This document shows positions 16,369 to 22,196 of a DNA stretch of 22,196 nt, piece by piece (position 1 is the first letter of the stretch; each line of letters begins with the position of its first letter). This DNA comes from a bacterium. Its GTDB lineage: Bacteria > Zhuqueibacterota > Zhuqueibacteria > Oceanimicrobiales > Oceanimicrobiaceae. Location: contig JBHHXN010000084.1 of NCBI GenBank assembly GCA_046757025.1, positions 1-22,196 on the forward strand. Direction: 5' to 3'. The notes beneath the pieces were generated by a model that did not search any database, had not been told where the DNA came from, and saw only the letters and a program-made list of their open reading frames with translations. The position numbers and the translations under genes were made by a program.

Positions 16369-16470
16369 ACAGATTTTTAGACCATCGTTGACTTGTGAGT
16401 TGATTCTTTCTAATGAAATGATTTTATTAATTTGAATCAACTTGGATTACAAAATTGCGGGAGTTCACGA

Positions 16471-17349
16471 ATGGCTGAAACGAAATTAAAGAGGTTATTT
16501 GGAGGTTGCTTTACAGTTGACAGTCCGGATTTAACAAAGTCCGATTTAGTTTTCGTGGGTTTGCCAGACGACTCACAATCGTCGTATCGCAGAGGCTGCC
16601 GCTTCGCTCCGGCGCGCATTCGCCAGACTTATACTGGCGAATGCTACAATAGCTGTACCGAACCGGGCGTAGAGCTCGAAAACTCGGTGGTGGACTTTGG
16701 CGATCTGCCCTCACATTCAACCTGGGATGAGACCGCGCAATCTTACAGAGAATGTAGTGAAACGCTTTTGAAACAGGGTAAAATTCCATTTTTCGCCGGC
16801 GGTGATCACGCGGTGACCGTGCCGGTTGTCGAAGCCCTGTCTGCATTGCAGCAGCCTATTCATCTGGTGCAAATCGATGCCCATCCGGACCTGTACCCCG
16901 AATTCGATGGCAGCAAAACTTCCCACGCCTGCACCGCCGCCAGAATGCTCGAATTTGAGCACGTGCATTCTCTGACCCAGATCGGCATTCGCACGATGAA
17001 TAAAATTCAATCTGAGCAGGTGGAGCGTCATCCGCAGCGTTTGTGGATTTACGAAGCCCGCAATTTGACCGGTCATCTACCTGAATTAACGCACCTGCCC
17101 GAGGACGCGCTGGTGTATCTCACCGTGGACATGGACGCCTTTGATCCGGCCTTCGCACCGGGCGTTTCGCATGCGGTTCCAGGCGGCTTGACCGCGCGCC
17201 AGGTGATCGAGTTTATCCACAATTTCCGCGGGCGGTTAGTGGGCATGGATGTGGTGGAAGTGAATCCAGAATGGGATATTCACGATCGCACGGCCATTCT
17301 GGCCGCAAAATTATTGCACGAAGCGATGGGGGTATGCTTAAAAATATGA
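16471..17349 (+). CDS. Ureohydrolase (agmatinase/arginase family), plant-arginase-like
   Basis: Start moved to ATG 16471, which has a GGGAG RBS upstream. Mn-binding motifs GGDHAVT, DAHPD, SHAC, DMDAFDPAFAPG, and EVNP. Confidence 0.9.
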   Translation: MAETKLKRLFGGCFTVDSPDLTKSDLVFVGLPDDSQSSYRRGCRFAPARIRQTYTGECYNSCTEPGVELENSVVDFGDLPSHSTWDETAQSYRECSETLLKQGKIPFFAGGDHAVTVPVVEALSALQQPIHLVQIDAHPDLYPEFDGSKTSHACTAARMLEFEHVHSLTQIGIRTMNKIQSEQVERHPQRLWIYEARNLTGHLPELTHLPEDALVYLTVDMDAFDPAFAPGVSHAVPGGLTARQVIEFIHNFRGRLVGMDVVEVNPEWDIHDRTAILAAKLLHEAMGVCLKI

Positions 17350-17411
17350 TTCTTAGAAATACGGCTGGCCAAATGGATGATTGAGCCATTGGAGTCGTTT
17401 TGGGTCAATCA

Positions 17412-18791
17412 CTAATTATGAAATATGCACACTTCAAATGGCTGCAATGGCATTTGGCGTTCTGCTGATTGCAGCAAGATTTGCTCTTTGCGGCCGTGGC
17501 TCATGAATTTTTCGTTTGAAAATTTCGCCCGCAATTCGGAGGTAAACCTCAAAGTCACAAGGATTTTCCGGGAAGCAAAATTTAACACCACCAGACCCAG
17601 CCGGCGTCGATGAGAAATGGCAAAAGCGACCACTTCTTGCGCACAGTTGGAATCAATTCGAGTCATTGCCCCTTTTGAAAATTGTGGATGCCTCTTGCGC
17701 AGTTGAATCAAATCACGGTAAAAAGTTTGTACTTCCTGAATACCTTCCGCCCAATTGATGCTCTCTTTTTCGAAGAGACTGAGCGGATTGCGAGCGCCCA
17801 CTTCCTGACCGTTGTAAATGAGCGGGATGCCGGGGATGGTGAAAATCAAGGCCGCATACGGTTTGAAGGCATCGGTTCCGAACAGCTGTGCCGCCCGGGG
17901 CTGGTCGTGGTTTTCAATGAAGCGCAATCTCAGGGCGTTTTGCGGATACAGAGCTTGTGCTTTCAGGATGACTTTCAGGGCTTGATTGGCGGGGGCCCAG
18001 CCTTTCCTGATGTCAGCCAGCGTGTAGTAGAGGTCCCAATCGTAGGTGGCATCGAACGCCTGCAGGTGCATTTGCGGGTGGTCGCCTTCGGCCAGCATGA
18101 AAATGTCCGGCTTGAGATGTTGCAGATGCGTCCGGAGGTCGGCCCAGAATTCCAGCGGCACCAGGCCGGCCACATCGCAACGAAAGCCGTCGATGTCAAA
18201 CTCTTTGACCCAGTAACTGGCTGCTTTTTTAATATATGCTCTCAAATTGCGATCGTCCCAGTTTAAATCGGTCACATCGGACCAGTCGGAGACGCGCCGG
18301 GTAAAATTTCCCAGCCGGTCTCTCCGGAACCATTCTGGGTGCTCCTGCATTGCCATGTGATCGTTGGCGCCGTGGTTGGCCACCAGATCGAGGATGATTT
18401 TCATGTCGAGTTTGTGCACGGCCGACACCAATTGCCGTAAATGGTCCGTTGTTCCCAAATCGGGATGCACGGAAAAATAGTCTCGAATGGCATAGGGGCA
18501 CCCCTTTTTGCCTTTTCGCCCCCGTTGGCCGATGGGGTGGATGGGCATGAGCCACAGCATTTTGACGCCCAAATCCCGCAAACGTGGCAAATCTTCTTTG
18601 AGTTTGTTGAGCGTGCCGAGGTCGCTGTAACTGCGAGGGTAGATTTCATACAAGGTCATGCCCGTAACCCAATCGGGCGAGGTACGCGACTTGAGATGGT
18701 GAAGGCTGCTGGTGACCTGCGTATGCGCTTCTTCCAATAAACCCCGCTCTTTGGGCGCAAAGAGCAGGCCGAAATTAAGCGGAATAATCAT
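17412..18791 (-). CDS. GH13 alpha-amylase-family glycosidase, no evident signal peptide
   Basis: 459 aa. YEIYPR, WLMPIHP, DLVANH (region I), GFRCDVAG (nucleophile Asp), MLAEG (acid/base Glu), FIENHD (region IV). Confidence 0.92.
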   Translation of the reverse strand: MIIPLNFGLLFAPKERGLLEEAHTQVTSSLHHLKSRTSPDWVTGMTLYEIYPRSYSDLGTLNKLKEDLPRLRDLGVKMLWLMPIHPIGQRGRKGKKGCPYAIRDYFSVHPDLGTTDHLRQLVSAVHKLDMKIILDLVANHGANDHMAMQEHPEWFRRDRLGNFTRRVSDWSDVTDLNWDDRNLRAYIKKAASYWVKEFDIDGFRCDVAGLVPLEFWADLRTHLQHLKPDIFMLAEGDHPQMHLQAFDATYDWDLYYTLADIRKGWAPANQALKVILKAQALYPQNALRLRFIENHDQPRAAQLFGTDAFKPYAALIFTIPGIPLIYNGQEVGARNPLSLFEKESINWAEGIQEVQTFYRDLIQLRKRHPQFSKGAMTRIDSNCAQEVVAFAISHRRRLGLVVLNFASRKILVTLRFTSELRAKFSNEKFMSHGRKEQILLQSAERQMPLQPFEVCIFHN

Positions 18792-18804
18792 CTTTTAAAA
18801 TTCT

Positions 18805-18960
18805 TGTCTTTGCGAGAAACGAAGTGACGAAGCATTTTCCAAACTTAGTTTTTACCACAAAAATTACGAATGGCACATAGGATAAAGATTTTTTGCGTCA
18901 TCTAAAATAATGTTATTTTTTTTCTTGTTATCTCGTTCTAAAGTTAAGCCTGGGACTGAG
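18805..18960. repeat. Remnants of REP-like repeats between the two GH13 genes
   Basis: TGTCTTTGCGAGAAACGAAGTGACGAAGCA (18805-18834) resembles the left arm of TGTCATTGCGAG..CGAAGC repeats. TCTCGTTCTAAA (18931-18942) is identical to 822-833 and is followed by GTTAAGCCTGGGACTGAG. Confidence 0.5.
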
Positions 18961-18988
18961 TTGAATCAAGTAGTTCCAGATATTATTT

Positions 18989-21900
18989 CTATTTTAACTT
19001 GAGCAGCTTCACCGATTTCACCATTGTGCCGGCCTGCAGGCGTAAAATGTAAACGCCTGAAGACAGGTCCATGCCTTGCTCGTCCTGACCGTCCCATTGC
19101 ACCCTGAAGCTGCCAGCCGGTTGTAAGGTATTCAGTAAGGTGCGCACCTTCCGGCCCAGAATATTGTAGATCGACAAATTCACCCGCGATCTTTCCGGCA
19201 GCTCAAACTGGATGGTAGTGACGGGATTGAACGGATTGGGGTAATTTTGAAACAGTTCGAATTGCTCGGGAACGGATTCAGAAACGGGTGCTTTCACAGA
19301 AGTTACAAGCTCAATTACCGAATCTGCCAGCACCAGCACGGTCGCTCCCCACGGGGGCAAATCAAGAGTAAAATTGTTGATACTCGATTTGCTTACGGAA
19401 TAAGCGGTGTCATTCAAAACATCATTCAAATAATAAACTTTACCTGAAAAAAGCGAATCTGCGCTGAGCTGTAAATCAGCCTCTTGAATCGAGAGCGTGG
19501 CAGTGGCTGCGTTGCCGGAGAAGTTGACTGCGGCAATGGCGTTTTCATCAAGCTGGGGTCTCAAGTAGGCATAAACTCGTGCGTGCCCGCTGGCGAGGCG
19601 TTTGATTTGCCGGGAACGAAAGGTCGAGAAGGTGTTGCGGATAGCTCCCAGACGCTGGTAAAAAGCCAGAGTTTCGTCCGCCCTCGCTCGCTGCCAGTTG
19701 ATCTGCCCGCGTCGGTTGGTTTCACCAACCTCCTGGCCTGCGTAGATCAGCGGAATACCGGGAATGGTAAAAAGCAAAGCCGCCCCTGCTTTGGACCGGC
19801 TCAATCCCACAAGCTGAGCAATGCGGGTTTCATCGTGGTTTTCTAAAAATCTCAGATAGTGTGAATTGATGCCGGTAAAATGATTGTAGTTTAAATTAGG
19901 ACTGAAATTCCGGACGCGGTTGTCGAGGCTCTTTAGGCTGCCGCCATTCAAGGTGTTTCTAATTTCTCCATAAAAGTTCCAATCGTAAGCGGCGTCGTTG
20001 GCGCCGCCGAAATCGGCATAATTGTTTTCGCTGCCCGCGCCGGTGCCGTCCGTTTCGCCTAAAATAAAAATGTCCGGACGAACGCGTTTCATCTCTTCCC
20101 GAAAGAGCCGCCACCAGGTGGTTTTACCATAACGGTTTTGGGGACCCCAGTAAACATCCATGCGGTAACCGTCCACGCCTTGGTCCAATATCCAGAATTT
20201 ATACATGTTGAGCATGAAATCTCGGGTTTCGATATTTTGATAATCCAAATTTGCCAGCGTCCAGTTGGAATAATGCACATACACGACATAATTGTTGATG
20301 CTCGTGCGAAATTGTCCCAGCCCGCGATCGTTTCCCAGAATTTGATTCTCCAGCAGCGGACGGTAATTGGAAAAATCCCGATACTCCTCGACATCTTTCA
20401 CCCACTCGTGATTGCCGGATACATGATTTGGCGTGCTGTCGAGGATGACGCGAATCCCCAGGTCGTGGGCTTCCTGAAGAAATGCTTGAAAAGATTCAAA
20501 GGTTCCTAGCTGCGAGTGCACACTAAAAAAATCGGTGATGTTGTAGCCGGCATTGAGCTCGTTGATACTGGTTCCGTTTTCGTAAATGGGCATGAGCCAG
20601 ATGACGGTGGCCCCCAGCGCTTTGATGAGCGGAAGTCTTTCCTGCGCTGCCGCGAAAGTGCCTTGCGGAGTAAAAGCCGGCACGAAAATTTCGTACACGA
20701 TGGCGTCATTCACCCACGCTGGGTTTGAATTGATACTGGCAAATCTTACTTCATTGCCAGGTTTAACGATAAAATAATTTCGTGCTACCCCGATATTCGA
20801 ATCCGGATCGGACAGTTGTAAATCGATGAAATATTCTCCCGGCGTTGCCGGCAGGGGCAACGTGACGGATTCGGCGGTTGCATGGATATTCAACGGTTGT
20901 GGGTTGATGGCATCATCGGAGGTCCAAAGCGCTGAAACCGGATCGTTATCCGGGTCGTTGCTTGCAAAGGTTAATTTCAGCTCGTTGTTTCCACTGCGTG
21001 TGATAAATATTTGCGGTTTTGGAGCGTGTTCAACAAAATAATTAATGATAAGCGGTCCGTCCGTGTAGGTAACCCCGAGGCTATATACCACCTGGACGGA
21101 GAAAAGATTTTCTTTTTCAGCTAAGTTGAAGGTTGCCTGAAACTTGCCGTTTGTAACAGCCACAATTGAAGAATCGCCATTATGAATGATCACTGCCGAG
21201 TTGATCGAGTTGTCCTCCACCAACCCGGCGATGTTTTTTGTCGGACGCAGTTGACGCGGATTGGGTCTCGTTAAAAAGCTGACGATGCCCGGTGGTTCCA
21301 CCAATTCAAAAGTTGTGCTGTCGATAGATGTCGTGCCCTTTGAACTTTGAGCGGCCAGTTTTAAGGTGTGAGTACCAAAATCCAGAGCCGTGGGTGGTAT
21401 GAATGAAAACTTACGGCTGGTCGTATCATAGCCTGTCCCAACGTTTGTGTAAAGCTTACCATCGATGAAAACCTTTATGGAATCCGCCAATACGGTAGAT
21501 GAAAGGGCTGGAAAAATATAAGCCGTGATCTCAGGGATATCGGTTGGCACGGGTTTGCTCACGGAATTTGGCAGCAGATAATGGATGGTCGGATCTTTGA
21601 TAAAGAGGTATGAATTATTGTTGTCCAAAAAATTCATACGCGGATTCAATGGATCCGATTTCCAACCGGTTACCTGGCCATTTTCATTGAATTTGTACTG
21701 GTAAGCCCCCGGAATACTGGTGGATGCCGGCAGCGGCGAGGGTCCCCCCAATCGTAATCTCACAGTTTTGAACCAAATCCCGGTGACCGCGTCTTTGCGC
21801 ATGGCGAATCGGGCGTCAAAAATGCGGCCGTGGATGTTGTTACCCCAATTGTTGAATTCGCCGGGCAAATATACCACGGATGGATTTCCTTGTGGCCGAT

Positions 21901-22015
21901 AAAAAAAAGTCACTTCGACACTGTCTGGTTGTTGGCCAAATAAATCCAGCGGAAAGAAGCAAAAGAATAGCAACAGGATCAGAATTAAGTGTAGTGATTT
22001 TGTTTCAATCTTCAT
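18989..22015 (-). CDS. Secreted multidomain GH13 alpha-amylase-family enzyme with CBM48-like N-terminus, Ig-like linkers and T9SS type A C-terminal sorting domain
   Basis: Start taken at ATG 22015 (MKIETK..., signal peptide ending LFG|Q). CBM48-like VYLPGEFNNW...YQYKF..W.SDPLNP. Catalytic motifs LDSTPNH, GYRMDVYWG, LGETD, FLENHD. C-terminus PEQFELFQNYPNPFNPVTTIQFELP..IYNILGRKV..WDG..SSGVY..KLLKLK. Confidence 0.92.
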   Translation of the reverse strand: MKIETKSLHLILILLLFFCFFPLDLFGQQPDSVEVTFFYRPQGNPSVVYLPGEFNNWGNNIHGRIFDARFAMRKDAVTGIWFKTVRLRLGGPSPLPASTSIPGAYQYKFNENGQVTGWKSDPLNPRMNFLDNNNSYLFIKDPTIHYLLPNSVSKPVPTDIPEITAYIFPALSSTVLADSIKVFIDGKLYTNVGTGYDTTSRKFSFIPPTALDFGTHTLKLAAQSSKGTTSIDSTTFELVEPPGIVSFLTRPNPRQLRPTKNIAGLVEDNSINSAVIIHNGDSSIVAVTNGKFQATFNLAEKENLFSVQVVYSLGVTYTDGPLIINYFVEHAPKPQIFITRSGNNELKLTFASNDPDNDPVSALWTSDDAINPQPLNIHATAESVTLPLPATPGEYFIDLQLSDPDSNIGVARNYFIVKPGNEVRFASINSNPAWVNDAIVYEIFVPAFTPQGTFAAAQERLPLIKALGATVIWLMPIYENGTSINELNAGYNITDFFSVHSQLGTFESFQAFLQEAHDLGIRVILDSTPNHVSGNHEWVKDVEEYRDFSNYRPLLENQILGNDRGLGQFRTSINNYVVYVHYSNWTLANLDYQNIETRDFMLNMYKFWILDQGVDGYRMDVYWGPQNRYGKTTWWRLFREEMKRVRPDIFILGETDGTGAGSENNYADFGGANDAAYDWNFYGEIRNTLNGGSLKSLDNRVRNFSPNLNYNHFTGINSHYLRFLENHDETRIAQLVGLSRSKAGAALLFTIPGIPLIYAGQEVGETNRRGQINWQRARADETLAFYQRLGAIRNTFSTFRSRQIKRLASGHARVYAYLRPQLDENAIAAVNFSGNAATATLSIQEADLQLSADSLFSGKVYYLNDVLNDTAYSVSKSSINNFTLDLPPWGATVLVLADSVIELVTSVKAPVSESVPEQFELFQNYPNPFNPVTTIQFELPERSRVNLSIYNILGRKVRTLLNTLQPAGSFRVQWDGQDEQGMDLSSGVYILRLQAGTMVKSVKLLKLK

Positions 22016-22090
22016 CAAACAGTTCCACAATTTAATTTTTGTATTGTCAAAAGTGTTCCAGTTAATGTCGAACCATGATTTTTGAATATC

Positions 22091-22148
22091 TGAGTAAACG
22101 TGTTTCTCATGGTATAGAGTTATAAGTTTTAGGGCATAAGGTACTCAA
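22091..22148 (-). promoter_or_regulatory. Candidate promoter and palindromic operator for the GH13 pair
   Basis: On the minus strand: TTGAGT (22148-22143), 18-bp spacer, TATAAC (22124-22119). Imperfect palindrome TGAGTAAACGTGTTTCTCA (22091-22109) lies just downstream. Confidence 0.35.
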
Positions 22149-22196
22149 GTTTCGCAGTTGTGTAATCAATGGTTTTTAAGGTATTTTTCTTAACCT

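Noticed and set aside
16150..16470. Guanidine riboswitch upstream of the ureohydrolase
   Set aside because: No ykkC-type conserved core or twin ACGR-loop hairpins; the structure there is explained by the heptamer arrays.
1..22196. Prophage, defence system or autonomous transposon
   Set aside because: No integrase, transposase, nuclease, reverse transcriptase or phage structural motifs in any ORF.

Overview
Bacterial chromosomal window, probably from an FCB-related lineage such as KSB1/Calditrichota/Ignavibacteria. That is inferred from the T9SS-type C-terminal sorting domains, a PorV-family barrel and abundant D-S/T glycosylation-like sequons. Gene order: a partial secreted hypothetical protein (-), an M1 aminopeptidase plus ArsN2-like GNAT (+), a small DUF4177-like ORF, a GH39 glycosidase (+), a translationally coupled two-gene surface module on the - strand, yitJ (+), a DUF2934 protein with a basic tail, a plant-arginase-like ureohydrolase (+), and two tandem GH13 paralogues (-), one T9SS-secreted and one without a signal peptide. 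The surface module is a 1391-aa VWA + 7x DUF11-like + sorting-domain adhesin followed by a PorV-like barrel fused to FN3-like, CARDB and two OmpA-like domains. It is the best candidate for an undescribed system: a dedicated, possibly peptidoglycan-tethered PorV-type partner for its own adhesin. The intergenic spaces hold nested non-autonomous repeats (MITE-like and REP-like elements inside one another) and heptamer arrays. I saw no rRNA, tRNA, CRISPR array or transposase. All domain calls come from motif recognition by eye, not database searches.
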